DNA of 64,000 nucleotides, from positions 19,096,001 to 19,160,000 of the forward strand of contig NW_027361677.1 of NCBI RefSeq assembly GCF_039654945.1. Reading direction: 5' to 3'. Below, one piece after another: positions 11,445-26,099 of this stretch (positions are counted from its first letter, which is position 1; each line of letters opens with the position of its first letter). The notes below the pieces were generated by a model. That model did not search any database and was not told the DNA's origin. It worked only from the letters and a program-made list of their open reading frames with translations. Made by a program: the position numbers and the translations under genes. Source of the DNA: Dendrobates tinctorius (lineage: Eukaryota).

Positions 11445-14400
11445 GGGTGCAGAGGCAATAATACAGGGCAGATACAGGGGTGACAGGGGTAATAATGCAG
11501 GGCAGATACAGGGGTGACAGGGGCAATAATACAGGGCAGATACAGGGGTGACAGGGGCAATAATACAGGGCAGATACAGGGGTGACAGGGGCAATAATAC
11601 AGGGGAGATACAGGGGCAATAATACAGGGCAGATACAGGGGTGACAGGGGCAATAATACAGGGCAGATACAGGGGTGACAGGGGCAATAATACAGGGCAG
11701 ATACAGGGGTGACAGGGGCAATAATACAGGGGAGATACAGGGGTGACAGGGGCAATAATACAGGGCAGATACAGGGGTGACAGGGGTAATAATACAGGGC
11801 AGATACAGGGGTGACAGGGGCAATAATACAGGGCAGATACAGGGGTGACAGGGGCAATAATACAGGGCAGGTACAGGGGCAATAATACAGGGCAGATACA
11901 GGGGTGACAGGGGCAATAATACAGGGCAGATACAGGGGTGACAGGGGAAATAATACAGGGCAGATACAGGGGTGACAGGGGAAATAATACAGGGCAGATA
12001 CAGGGGTGACAGGGGCAATAATACAGGGCAGATACAGGGGTGACAGGGGCAATAATACAGGGCAGATACAGGGGCAATAATACAGGGCAGATACAGGGGC
12101 AATAATACAGGGCAGATACAGGGGTGACAGGGGCAATAATACAGGGCAGATACAGGGGTGACAGGGGCAATAATACAGGGCAGATACAGGGGTGACAGGG
12201 GAAATAATACAGGGCAGATACAGGGGTGACAGGGGAAATAATACAGGGCAGATACAGGGGTGACAGGGGTAATAATACAGGGCAGATACAGGGGTGACAG
12301 GGGCAATAATACAGGGCAGATACAGGGGTGACAGGGGGAATAATACAGGGCAGATACAGGGGTGACAGGGGCAATAATACAGGGCAGATACAGGGGTGAC
12401 AGGGGAAATAATACAGGGCAGATACAGGGGTGACAGGGGAAATAATACAAGGCAGATACAGGGGTGACAGGGGCAATAATACAGGGCAGATACAGGGGTG
12501 ACAGGGGCAATAATACAGGGCAGATACAGGGGCAATAATACAGGGCAGATACAGGGGTGACAGGGGAAATAATACAGGGCAGATACAGGGGTGACAGGGG
12601 CAATAATACAGGGCAGATACAGGGGTGACAGGGGAAATAATACAGGGCAGATACAGGGGTGACAGGGGAAATAATACAGGGCAGATACAGGGGTGACAGG
12701 GGTAATAATACAGGGCAGATACAGGGGCAATAATACAGGGCAGATACAGGGGTGACAGGGGCAATAATACAGGGCAGATACAGGGGTGACAGGGGAAATA
12801 ATACAGGGCAGATACAGGGGTGACAGGGGAAATAATACAAGGCAGATACAGGGGTGACAGGGGCAATAATACAGGGCAGATACAGAGGTGACAGGGGAAA
12901 TAATACAGGGCAGATACAGGGGTGACAGGGGAAATAATACAGGGCAGATACAGGGGTGACAGGGGAAATAATACAGGGCAGATACAGGGGTGACAGGGGC
13001 AATAATACAGGGCAGATACAGGGGTGACAGGGGAAATAATACAGGGCAGATACAGGGGTGACAGGGGTAATAATACAGGGGAGATACAGGGGTGACAGGG
13101 GCAATAATACAGGGCAGATACAGGGGTGACAGGGGAAATAATACCGGGCAGATACAGGGGTGACAGGGGAAATAATACAGGGCAGATACAGGGGTGACAG
13201 GGGCAATAATACAGGGCCGTTACAGGGGTGACAGGGGAAATAATACAGGGCAGATACAGGGGTGACAGGGGAAATAATACAAGGCAGATACAGAGGTGAC
13301 GGGCAATAATACAGGGCAGATACATGGGTGACAGGGGAAATAATACAAGGCAGATACAGAGGTGACAGGGGCAATAATACAGGGCAGATACATGGGTGAC
13401 AGGGGAAATAATACAAGGCAGATACAGAGGTGACAGGGGCAATACTACAGGGCAGATACAGGGGTGACAGGGGCAATACTACAGGGCAGATACAGGGGTG
13501 ACGGGTAATAATGCAGGGCAGATACAGGGGTGACAGGGGAAATAATACAAGGCAGATACAGGGGTGACAGGGGCAATACTACAGGGCAGATACAGGGGTG
13601 ACAGGGGCAATAATGCAGGGCAGATACAGGGGTGACAGGGGAAATAATACAGGGCAGATACAGGGGTGACAGGGGAAATAATACAGGGCAGATACAGGGG
13701 TAACAGGGGAAATAATACAAGGCAGATACAGAGGTGACAGGGGCAATAATACAGGGCAGATACATGGGTGACAGGGGAAATAATACAAGGCAGATACAGA
13801 GGTGACAGGGGCAATACTACAGGGCAGATACAAGGGTGACGGGCAATACTACAGGGCAGATACAGGGGTGACGGGCAATAATGCAGGGCAGATACAGGGG
13901 TGACAGGGGTAATAATGCAGGGCAGATACAAGGATGACAGGGGCAATAATGCAGGGCAGATACAGAGGTGACAGGGGCAATAATGCAGGGCAGATACAGA
14001 GGTGACAGGGGCAATAATGCAGGGCAAATACAGAGGTGACAGGGGCAATAATACAAGGCAGATACAGAGGTAACGGGAAATAATACAAGGCAGATACAGG
14101 GGTGACAGGGGCAATAATGCAGGGCAGATACAGGGGTGACAGGGGCAATAATGCAGGGCAGATACAGGGGTGACAGGGGCAATAATGCAGGGCAGATACA
14201 GAGGTGACAGGGGCAATAATGCAGGGCAAATACAGAGGTGACAGGGGCAATAATACAAGGCAGATACAGGTGACAGGGGAAATAATACAAGGCACATACA
14301 GGGGTGACAGGGGCAATACTACAGGGCAGATACAGGGGTGACAGGGGAAATAATACAAGGCAGATACAGGGGTGACAGGGGCTTTAATACAAGGCAGATA

Positions 14401-17400
14401 CAGAGGTGACAGGGGCAATAATACAGGGCTGATACCGGGGTGACGGGAAATAATACAAGGCAGATACAGGGGTGACGGGCAATAATGCAGGGCAGATACA
14501 GAGGTGACGGGCAATAATGCAGGGCAGTTACCGGGGCAATAATACAAGGCAGATACAGAGGTGACAGGGGCAATAATGCAGGGCAGATACAGAGGTGACA
14601 GGGGCAATAATGCAGGGCAGATACAGGGGTGACAGGGGCAACAATACAGGGCAGATACAGGGGTGACAGGAGCAACAATACAGGGCAGATACCGAGGTGA
14701 CAGGGGCAATAATGCAAGGCAGATACAGAGGTGACAGGGGCAATAATGCAGGGCAGATACAGAGGTGACAGGGGCAATAATGCAGGGCAGATACAGAGGT
14801 GACAGGGGCAATAATGCAGGGCAGATACAGAGGTGACAGGGGCAATAATGCAGGGCAGATACAGGGGTGACGGGCAAAAATACACGGCAGATAAAGGGGT
14901 GACAGGGACAACAATACAGGGCAGATAAAGGGGTGACAGGAGCAACAATACAGAGCAGATACAAGGGGTGACAGGAGCAACAATACAGGGCAGATACCGG
15001 GGTGACAGGGGCAATAATACAAGGCAGATACAGAGGTGACAGGGGCAATAATGCAGGGCAGATACAGGGGTGACAGGGGAAATAATACAAGGCAGATACA
15101 GGGGTGACAGGGGAAATAATACAAGGCAGATACAGGGGTGACAGGGGCAATAATGCAGGGCAGATACCGGGGTGACGGGCAATACTACAGGGCAGATACA
15201 GGGGTGACAGAGGCAACAATACAAGGCAGATACAGGGGTGACAGGGGAAATAATACAAGGCAGATACAGGGGTCACAGGTGAAATAATACAAGGCAGATA
15301 CAGGGGTGACGGGAAATAATGCAGGGCAGATACAGGGGTGACAGGGGCAATAATGCAGGGCAGATACAGAGGTGACAGGGGCAATAATGCAGGGCAGATA
15401 CTGGGGTGACAGGGGCAATACTACAGGGCAGATACAGGGGTGACTGGGGCAATAATGCAGGGCAGATACAGGGGTGACAGGGGCAACAATACAGGGCAGA
15501 TACTGGGGTGACAGGGGCAATACTACAGGGCAGATACAGGGGTGAGAGGGGCAATAATGCAGGGCAGATACAATGGTGACAGGGGAAATAATACAAGGCA
15601 GATACAGAGGTGACAGGGGAAATAATACAAGGCAGATACAGAGGTGACAGGGGCAATAATGCAGGGCAGATACAGGGGTAATAATACAGGGCAGATAGAG
15701 GTGACAGGGGCAATAATACAGGGCGGATACAGGGGTGACAGGGGCAATAATGCAGGGCAGATACAGGGGTGACGGGCAATAATGCAGGGCAGATACAAGA
15801 GCGACGGACATTAATACGGGGCAGATACAGGGGTGACGGGCATCAATAGAGGGCAGATACAGGGGTGACAGGGGCATCAATACAGGGAAGATACAATGGT
15901 AACAAGGGCAATAATACAGGGCAGATACAGAGGTGACAAGGGCAATAATACAGGGCAGATACAGAGGTGACGGGCAGTAATACAGGGGTGACAGGAGCAA
16001 CAATACAGGGCAGATACAGGGGTAATAATACAGGGCAGATAGAGGTGACAGGGGCAATAATACAGGGCAGATACAGGGGCAGTAATACAGGGCAGATACA
16101 GAGGTGACGGGCAGTAATACAGGGGTGACAGGAGCAACAATACAGGGCAGATACAGGGGTAATAATACAGGGCAGATAGAGGTGACAGGGGCAATAATAC
16201 AGGGCAGATACAGGGGCAGAAATACAGGGCAGATACAGAGGTGACGGGCAGTAATACAGGGCAGATACAGGAGTGATAGGGGTAATAATAATTTCGGCGC
16301 TGATACAGGGGTAACAGGGGCAATAATACAGTGCAATGGTGACGGGTAGTAATACAGGGCAGATACAGGAGTGATAGGGGAAATAATACAGGGCAGATAC
16401 AGAGGTGACAGGGGCAACAATACAGGACAGATACAGGGGTGACATGAGCAACAATACAGGGCAGATACAGGGGTGACGGGCAGAAATGCAGGGGTAGTAA
16501 TACAGGGCAGATACACATCTGACGGGGAGAAATACAGGGCAGATAAAGAGGTGACGGGCAACAATGCAGGGCAGATAAAGGGGTGACAGGAGCAACAATA
16601 CAGAGCAGATACAGGGGTGACAGGAGCAACAATACAGGGCAGATAAATGGGTGACGGGCAACAATGCAGAGCAGATAAAGGGGTGACAGGGGCAACAATA
16701 CAGAGCAAGTAAAGGGGTGACGGGCAACAATACAGGGCAGATAAAGGGGTGACGGGCAACAATACAGGGCAGATAAAGGGGTGACGGGCAACAATACAGG
16801 GCAGATATAGGGGTGACGGGCAACAATACAGGGCAGATATAGGGGTGATGGGCAACAATACAGGGTAGATAAAGGGGTGGCAGGGGCAACAATACATGGC
16901 AGATAAAGGGGTCACAGGGGCAACAATACAGGGCAGATACAGGGGTGACGGGCAGAAATACAGGGGCAGTAATACAGGGCAGATACAGAGGTGACAGGGG
17001 CAATAATACAGAGCAGATACAGGGGTATCAGGGGCAATGATACCGGGCAGATACAGGGGTGACAGGGGCAATAATACAGAGCAGATACAGGGGTGACGGC
17101 AATAACACAGGGCAGATACAGAGGTGACAGGGGCAATAATACAGGGCAGATACAGGGGTGACGGGTAGAAATACAGGGGCAGTAATACAGGGCAGATACA
17201 GAGGTGACGGGCAATAATACAGAGCAGATACAGGGGTATCAGGGGCAATGATACAGAGTGATAGGGGCTTATAATACAGGGCAGATACAGGGGTAATAAT
17301 ACAGGGCAGATACAGGGGTGACTGGCATCAATAAAGGACAGATATAATGTGACAGGGGAAATAATACAGGGCAGATACAATGGTGACAAGGGCAATAGTA

Positions 17401-17760
17401 CATGGCAGATACAGGAGTGATAGGGGCAATAATACAGGGCAGATACAGGGGTGACAGGGGCAACAATACAGGGCAGATACCGGGGTGACAGGGGCAATAC
17501 TACAAGGCAGATACAGGAGTGATAGGGGCAATAATACAGGGCAGATACAGGGGTGACAGGGGCAATAATACAGGGCAGATACCGGGATGACAAGGGCAAT
17601 AGTACGGGACAGATACACGGGTGACCGGAGCATTAATACAGGGCAGATACAGAGGTAACAGGGGCAATAATGCAGGGCAGATACAAGAGCGACAGGCATT
17701 AATACAGGTCAATACAGGGATGATGGGCAGTAATACTGAGCAGATAAAAGTATGACGGGC
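11445..17760. repeat. 34-bp minisatellite (CAGGGCAGATACAGGGGTGACAGGGGCAATAATA), about 6.3 kb, filling SPG7 intron 1
   Basis: Tandem array, homogeneous at the 5' end and increasingly degenerate towards the 3' end. Confidence 0.97.
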
Positions 17761-17874
17761 AGATAAGAAGGAGCAGTAGAGGTTACTGGATTTTACAGGT
17801 ATATTTGCTGTTTTATTTCATGTATCTGAGGTTTTCTTTCTTGGAGAATCTCTGACCCTGTATTTTTTTTCCAG

Positions 17875-17977
17875 ACATTACTGTGCAGGAAAGTGACCCC
17901 GATATCTGACGGAGTAACAGGATTCCTAATAAGACGACACGCCATTGAGAATCCGGCTCAGCTCTGGAGGCTCCTAG
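17875..17977 (+). CDS. SPG7: SPG7 exon 2
   Basis: TLLCRKVTPISDGVTGFLIRRHAIENPAQLWRLL(G), 103 nt, AG/GT boundaries; resembles human exon 2 (..QNPVRLWQLLG). Confidence 0.88.
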
Positions 17978-18194
17978 GTCTGTCATTTCACAGCTTACAT
18001 TAAAGAAAAAAAACATATGTAAGGCGAGTTAAAGGGGTTCTCCAGATTTTCAGTATGGGTAGAGGCTGTTCTTGAGTCCCACAGCTTAGCTCCTATTACA
18101 GTGAATGGCAGCGGAGCTGCAGACCCCGTAGTAACAGGCAGTTCACACCAGCTTTGTGCCTTGGATGGTGATACAATATTGGCTCTTTATACAG

Positions 18195-18284
18195 GGGGAA
18201 TCCATTACTTCCGCTCCACTGCTGAAAGGAGGAAAGAAAATCAGAATGAAGATTCCAATAAGAAAAACCAGAAAGAAAACGATG
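18195..18284 (+). CDS. SPG7: SPG7 exon 3
   Basis: GIHYFRSTAERRKENQNEDSNKKNQKEND, 90 nt, AG/GT boundaries, phase consistent. Confidence 0.85.
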
Positions 18285-18446
18285 GTATGTAAGATTGGGG
18301 CAGGGCGGGAGGTGGACAGTAAGTGATGGCGGCAGATCAACCGACTTTTCAGACTTCCATCAAAGTGATCTGATAGATTTCCATCAGATGCTTGTTTGTG
18401 GCCAGAACAATATACAGACTTATATGTCACATTTTATGTTTCTCAG

Positions 18447-18676
18447 ATGAGGATAAGAATAAGGAGCACCTCTTGTCAGTTTACCGAATATTCACCCTCT
18501 CTATCCTTGCCCTGGGTATATACTTTATAACCACCTTGAACACCATTCACGTGTCCTGGAATGAATTTGTAAATGAAATGTTGGCCAAGGGCGAAGTGAA
18601 GCGAGTGGAGGTCGTACCCGAGAGCGATTATGTCCAGATCTTCCTCCATGAAGAAGCCGTGGTCCTTGGGCGACCG
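18447..18676 (+). CDS. SPG7: SPG7 exon 4 (TM1 and start of intermembrane domain)
   Basis: ..[42 protein letters not shown], 230 nt. Confidence 0.93.
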
Positions 18677-19340
18677 GTAAGTTACATCCCCTAATACCCT
18701 GGCACTTGGCTTACTGCATCATTCACAGTTGGTCTTGGCCACAAATAACATTGATCCCTTATTGCCACAATTTTTTTTTAATAATTTTCTTCAGCCACTG
18801 GTGGCTGCCATTTTCATTTGTTGGTGTGTACGACACTTACATACCTCAAATATGGCAGCCCCTGGGCATAGGTGACTGCGGTCAGTGTCCGACCGCATCT
18901 CCTACACTGTGGCTGACCTGGGCACACCCACAGCTCTGGGAGGAGATTGCAGCCATTATGTTGTAGCCCACAGCTACGCAGCGATCTCCAGTTTCCCCCT
19001 GTCATCACCCACACTGCTCAGTGTGTGCAGTGACAGGAGCTGCTGGGGGAGCAGAAGTCCAGGGTGAGGTGAATATCAGCGATGGTGATCAGCAGCCTGG
19101 GATTGGTAATAACCAGGCTGCTGATCACCACTTCCCGCCACTGTCATGACAGTGTTCAGAGCACAGCAGAGTATCTTCCTTCTGTGCCCTGATCACTGAC
19201 ACAGCTCTGCTATGTCACTATAATGTCTCTGAAGGAGGCATACGCTGCCATACCATCGCTGTGTATATAATGCCATCATAAGTGATACGCCCCAAAACAA
19301 TGGAGGGCTATGGGGTGTGCAGTATACTATATGGAGGACT

Positions 19341-20870
19341 TTTTTTTTTTTTTTGAACAATAAATTTTTATTGAAAGTTTACATTTTACAAATAAGGTGA
19401 TAGCAAATCTCAATACAGAGCTGTATTTGCAATATGCATAAGAGAGCATGTAAACGGTTGACAAACAGACAAACTAACAACAGGGTAGGAGGTAAAGGGG
19501 GGAAGCCCGAGGAGGGGGGTATGTTGTGTCCAATTATCGTTAATGATTCAATCAGAATCAAGGGGATCTGGGTTGGTTAGATGAAATACAGGTGTGGCAA
19601 AGGCGGTGTGGTTGGCGTACTCCGCCCAGGGAAGCCATATTTTCTCAAACTTAACGACTTTATCTGTAAGTATGGCAGATAATTTTTCGTTGATCATATA
19701 TACCAAGAAAGGCGTGTTTTAACCGCAGATAAATCTAAATTTGTTTTTCATGCCATAGCTATGGTTTGTTTGGCTGCCAGGAATATGAATGCAATGAGGG
19801 TTTGAGTGTGTTTAGGGATGTTGGGGATGCGTTTGTTGAGTAAGGCCTCCCAAGGTTTTTTTTTTAAGGTTTATATTTGTTATAGAGGAAACCAAATGGT
19901 AGATTCTGATCCAAAATCTACGTACGGTCGGGCATAGCCACCATGTATGGAACATATCTCCTGTGGAGTTGCACCCTCTAAAGCAATTTGGAGAATAGTT
20001 GGCGACTGCCTTAGCCACTCTGGCTGGGGTCAGGTACCATCGGGTTAGCACCTTATAGTTAGTTTCCAGCATAAGGGTATTTAATATTCCTCCAGTAGAG
20101 GAGGACCAAATTTGGGACCACTCCGAATCTGTCAAGGTGGAACCAATGTCGGACTCCCAGCGAGAAGTGTATTTTAAGCAGCGCCTATGAGAGGAGGAGT
20201 TGGAGTTGATATGTGAGGAGAGATATAGTACCTGGAGCATGTGGATTTTGACGGCATTTTTGTTCGAAGGGAGTAAAGGAGTAGGGAGGAGTAGAATTTT
20301 TTAGTAATGAGTTGACAAAGCTTTTAAGTTGTAGATAGCGAAATATCTCTCCAGGGGGGAAATTATATTTTTCACTCAGAACCGAGAATGGAATAATCCT
20401 GTCAACGTTAAAAAGATGGTGGACTCTGGTTATCCCTGCAGCGACCCATAAACGAAAGTTCCTAAGGGATTCCATGCCTGGGGGAAACTGGAGATTGCGC
20501 CAAAGGGGGGCGAGGGGTAAAAATGGTGAGATTAGCTGCGAGGAATATTTTAACGAGTCCCAAATCCTAAGAGAGTGCGTTATAATAGGATTCGAGATGT
20601 GTTTTCGCTGGGCTGGGAGAATCTATAGTAGTGTGTCGAGGGTACCTGAGTGAAATTCAGGGGCCTCTAGAGATAGCCACAGTGGGGGTTCGGAGTAGGC
20701 ATGATATAGGGTCAGTTGACCCAATTGGGCTGCATGGTAATATTTAGAAAGATTGGGAACTCCCAAGCCTCCTTTCAAACGGTGACGGTAGAGGGTAGCT
20801 CTATTAACCCTGGGAAGGCCACCTCTCCAAACAAAAGCATCTACTAATCATTGGGCTATTTTGAGGTAGT
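19341..20870 (-). mobile_element. 5'-truncated L1-clade LINE (ORF2 C-terminal part, frameshifted)
   Basis: Poly-T at 19341. Minus-strand peptides AFVWRGGLPRVNRATLYRHRLKGGLGVPNLSKYYHAAQ and the CCHC knuckle CFRGCNSTGDMFHTWWLCP. Flanking duplication CTATATGGAGGACT (19327-19340 / 20871-20884). Confidence 0.9.
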
Positions 20871-21500
20871 CTATATGGAGGACTTTGAGGAGTGCATTAG
20901 ACTATGGGGTTTGTTTTATACTATATGGAGGACTGGGGAATGCATTATACTGTGTGGATGACACTGGGAAGTGTATTATACTTTATGGGGGCTGCAGTAT
21001 ACTATACGAGAACTATGGGGGGTGCATTATACTATATGGAGAACTATGGGGGTGCAGTATACTATATGGAGGACGATGGGGTGTGCATTATACTATATGG
21101 AGGACTTTGGGGTGTACAGTATACTATATACGAGAACTATGGGGGTGCATTATACTATATGAAGAAGTATGAGGGTCATTATAATATTTGGAGGGCTGTG
21201 TGGGAACCTTTATACTTTATAGAGGACTATGTGGAGCCCATTATACTGTGTGCAGGTGTATACATTGTGAAGGTTTGTATGGGATCCATCATACTGTGTA
21301 GAGGACTGTGTTGGGGCCATTATACTGTATGGAAGGCTGTGTAGGGGGATCATAATGTGTTGTGGTCACCATACTTTGCAGGGAGAGTTGAGGTGGGGTA
21401 CAGTACGGTCATCATACCGTGTGTGGAGGGTACTGTGGAGGAATTCACTGTGGGGGTATCATACTGTGTTTGGGGGGCACTTTTGTTGGCATCATACTTT
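20871..21500. repeat. Degenerate ~30-bp minisatellite (GGTGCATTATACTATATGGAGGACTATGGG)
   Basis: Imperfect tandem units; the first units lie on the other side of the L1 (about 19305-19340). Confidence 0.8.
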
Positions 21501-22280
21501 ATGGGAGCAATGAAAGCGGAATCTAGGGGCTTCAATAGAAGGAGAACTACTTTGTAAGGGCTGCAAAGTTGTGAGACATTCTTCTGTGACCTTCCCCTTG
21601 AAAAATAAAAATATATATATATAATATAATTTTTTTTTTATTTTTTTGGTGTGGGGAGGGGGGTGCAATTCAAACTTCCTCCATGGATCCTCATTATTTC
21701 TATGTATGCCAATGCTCCAAAGCTTATATCTAACTATCCTGCGGCCAGCAGTAAACAATGCAACGCTAGATAAACTGTGCAACTTTTTTTGATGAAAATT
21801 AATTGCGATAATCAGTGTGATCCTAAACTTCATTCTCTCTTCTCCTTCTACAAACACCCAGAAGGGGAGGAGAGGAGTGATGTCACACACATGTGACCAG
21901 ACCCCGCCCACTTTTACTGCAGTCGTAATGTGAGCTAGTGGTACGCTAGGTTTTCAAAGCAAATTTCAGCAGCTGCTCCCCCTAGTGTCTAATAGTGGAA
22001 AATATCAAACCTATTTCAATTATTTTTCATATGTTACTCTATTAATCTATTGAAAACAAATGATAATATAACATTTTTTATTCAATTTTATTGCACCTTT
22101 CCTTTAAGGTAGCAGATAAATGGCTGTTCCTTAAGGGGTCCTATCGATCCCCAGCCCCCTTTCTGCTAGTTGTGTTAGAATTGAATGTTTCAGCATGGTA
22201 TGAATATAAGTTTATCGCAACCTTGCAGGCAAAACTTTCAATAGTTTCATTTTTTTCCTTCCATCGCCCCCTTCTCGTAG

Positions 22281-22421
<141 letters not shown>

Positions 22422-22523
22422 TAAGGGCATGGCTTCTATAAAAGATGCCCTGAAGACGAGATGATTTGAAAATAGCGTGTATATATAGACTTAATCCTGC
22501 TTTGTGTCTGTTTTTCCCCACAG

Positions 22524-22626
22524 TGCTGTGTACACCGTTGCTTTCACGGCTCTCGCCATCGGCCTTATCATCTATTTGCTGCGTCTAATTGGCCTAACCG
22601 GTCGCCAAGGAGGTTTCAGTGCTTTT
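22524..22626 (+). CDS. SPG7: SPG7 exon 6 (TM2)
   Basis: AVYTVAFTALAIGLIIYLLRLIGLTGRQGGFSAF, 103 nt. Confidence 0.95.
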
Positions 22627-22634
22627 GTGAGTTA

Positions 22635-23485
22635 CAGTATATACTCGTGTGTAAACCGACCCCCTCCCCAATTATGCAAAAAAAAAAAAACTGGGAAAAC
22701 TTATTGACTCGCGTATAAGCCTAGGGTGGAAAATGCAGCAGCTGCTGGTAACTTTCAAAAATAAAAATAGATACCAATAAAAGTAAAATTAATTGAGACA
22801 TCAGTAGGTTAAATGTTTTTGAATATCCCTATTGAATCAGGAGCTCCATATAATGCTCCATACAGTTCATGATGGCCCCATAAAATGCTCCATACAAAAT
22901 ACACCTCATATAATGCTGCACAAAGGTTAATAATGGCCCCATAAGATGCTCCATAGTATAGGCCCCATATGCCGCTACTGCTGCAAAAAAAATGACATAC
23001 TCACCTCTCCATTGCTGGGGGTCAGGTGCCGGTGTCACCGCTGGCTCAGGGCCCCGGCACCTGAGATATTCACCTGTCCCCGGTCCATCACTGCTTGCCG
23101 CTGTCTACTGCATCCTCTGTCAGTGACTGCTCAGGCAGCAGAGGGCATGGCGCGTGCTAACTATGTCACCGCGCCCTCTGCTGTCAGAACGTCACTGACA
23201 GAGGACGCAGCGGCTAGCAGCGTTGGAACGGGGACAGGTGAATATTGCATATACTTAACCCCCCCGCTTATCCATGACTTTAACAAGTGGTACCACATGA
23301 CCGCTGAAGGAAGGGAGACCGTGGGAGAAGCGGGGCTGCAGAGACCGCGCCGGGGGGGGTAGTTAAGTATGATCTGACACTCCCCCTCCGAACTCCTGGT
23401 ATATAACTCGCGTATAAGCCGAGAGGGGGACTTTCAGTCCCAAAAAATGGGCTGAAAATCTCAGCTCATACACAAGTATATACAG
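22635..23485. mobile_element. Non-autonomous Tc1/mariner (pogo/Tigger-like) element
   Basis: TA|CAGTATATACTCGTGTGTAAACCGA ... TCAGCTCATACACAAGTATATACAG, with internal CTCGCGTATAAGCC repeats. The terminal bases plus TA are repeated after the solo LTR (24361-24368). Confidence 0.65.
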
Positions 23486-24360
23486 TGTTGTGAATTCATT
23501 TTCTGGTCTGCCAGTCGTGAGTTCTCTTTCCGGGCTTCCTCTGGTGGTGGCAGGAGGTAGTGAAGCTGATTTAATTAGCAGAGACTTGCTACCTGATAAT
23601 GAGGACGAGGATTGGACATCTGGAGTCTTAGACTGGATTTAAGACAGCCGACTCCCTATTTCCTTGCTGGTGATTTTTTTCTGCCTCTTGAGGTCTTGGT
23701 TTCCAGCTTAGTTCCTGTCATCTCAAGCTAAGTTATTTCTGCTCATGTCCACATTTGATTTGGTTTTGTCTATTCAGTTTTTGTGTGGTCAGCCAGCCCC
23801 AGCTGGGACTGTGCTGAATTTCCACTTTTATGTTACTGTATTTGCCAGTTTGCTTTTTGTCCCTTATTAGATTGGCCTCTTTTTGCTCTGTTCTCAGAAT
23901 ATGCCAGAGTGCTAATATAGTGGGTGAAGTCTAGTGACTTCAGGGTTTTTTTTGCTATCAGAAGTGTTGGACATTATTTGCAGGGTTTTTTTGGCGTGAT
24001 TGCAGACAGTATCTTTCCTTTCCTGTCCTTTCTAGTTAGTGTGGGCCCCATTGTTTGCTCAGCCTATTTTCCTACCTGTGTTTGTGCTTTCATCTTGTTT
24101 CACCGTCAATACATGTGTGGGGGCTATCTATTCCTTTGGGGTCTGCTGTGGGGCAGTTTAGTTTTCCCCTTTTCTTGCTTTAGGCTTATTTAGTCCTCCG
24201 GCTGTGACAAGGCATCTAGAATCATCATAGGTACGCTCCACGGCTGCTGTTAGTTGTGTGGTTAGGATCAGGGGTCTGCAATCCGCATAGTTACCAACCT
24301 CTCTGGTTTTCTATGACTTAGCTTGTTTTTGTTTTCCTCTTCGGTGACCCATTCATAACA
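23486..24360. mobile_element. Solo LTR
   Basis: TG...CA termini with inverted ends TGTTGTGAAT / ATTCATAACA (9 of 10 match). Flanks ATACAG / ATACGG are a probable TSD. Confidence 0.7.
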
Positions 24361-25078
24361 ATACGGTATGTTATATTGGATGGGATCACAAAGGATTACA
24401 TCCTATATGGAGGAATTCAACAACTGCTCATCTATCTATCTATCTATCTATCTCTGGCAGTCCCCAAATTATATGAATGGAGCAGCACAAACCCTTCCGC
24501 TCCAATCAAGACCAGTTCTCTCTTCCAGAGCCCTCAAAAATTGCTGGTGGTCCCATAGCGATCAGCAAGTCACTGGTAATTCCGCTCCCAGGTTACAGAA
24601 ATATTGAGAGCGGAAATACCAGTGACTCGCCGCGACCTGCTCAGTAGAACGTGAACCCCAGAGAAGGGCGGAACACGGAAAAGAAACAACAGCACTGAGA
24701 CTGCAGACGCGAGATTGCTAGGATTTAATTTTATTTTTTTTCAATTTTGCACGTTCGAGAAAATCTGCTCACACTCTGATAGGTCCGTTTTTCCCGTCCG
24801 GGAAATAAAACAGACTTGTGAATGAGCCCTTATCCTATGCTCGAGAACAGCAGCAACTTTTGGGACCACAACTATTGTGCAGTGTCACTTTTTCCCAATT
24901 TCAAGCATGTAGCCACTTTTTCTCGTATAGGGAAACAGTGGGGTTGGGAACAGTAGCATGGCGTTCCTCTACGCTTCTAACCCCTATAGAGTAATTTACC
25001 AATGAAATAAGGCAGCCTGCCCTGAGCTACAAATTTTGCTTTTTAGCTACCACTTACAGCGTTCTCTTCTGGCTTTAG

Positions 25079-25622
<544 letters not shown>

Positions 25623-25862
25623 TAATAATAAAAAAGTGGGGGTTTTTTTCATTAACTGACAACAACAAACAGAATATGAAATTGGCAAAAAGTTGCAGAA
25701 CTTTTCATTTTTGCCCAATGTAAAGAGTAATGTTATAATTAATGAATCAGATTCCATCTGTTTGGATCTATTACAGGAAACGATTGAATGATCTGATTGG
25801 TGCTGTGGCTAGCATGGTAGATTACATGTGCTTTTTGTGATCCGCTGACCAATCATTTGTGA

Positions 25863-26099
<237 letters not shown>

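Noticed and set aside
11280-17712. Very long Cys/Pro/Leu-rich minus-strand ORFs (up to 804 aa)
   Set aside because: The 34-bp repeat has no stop codon on that strand, so all three frames are open with the same permuted peptide. They are antisense to an SPG7 intron and not credible proteins.
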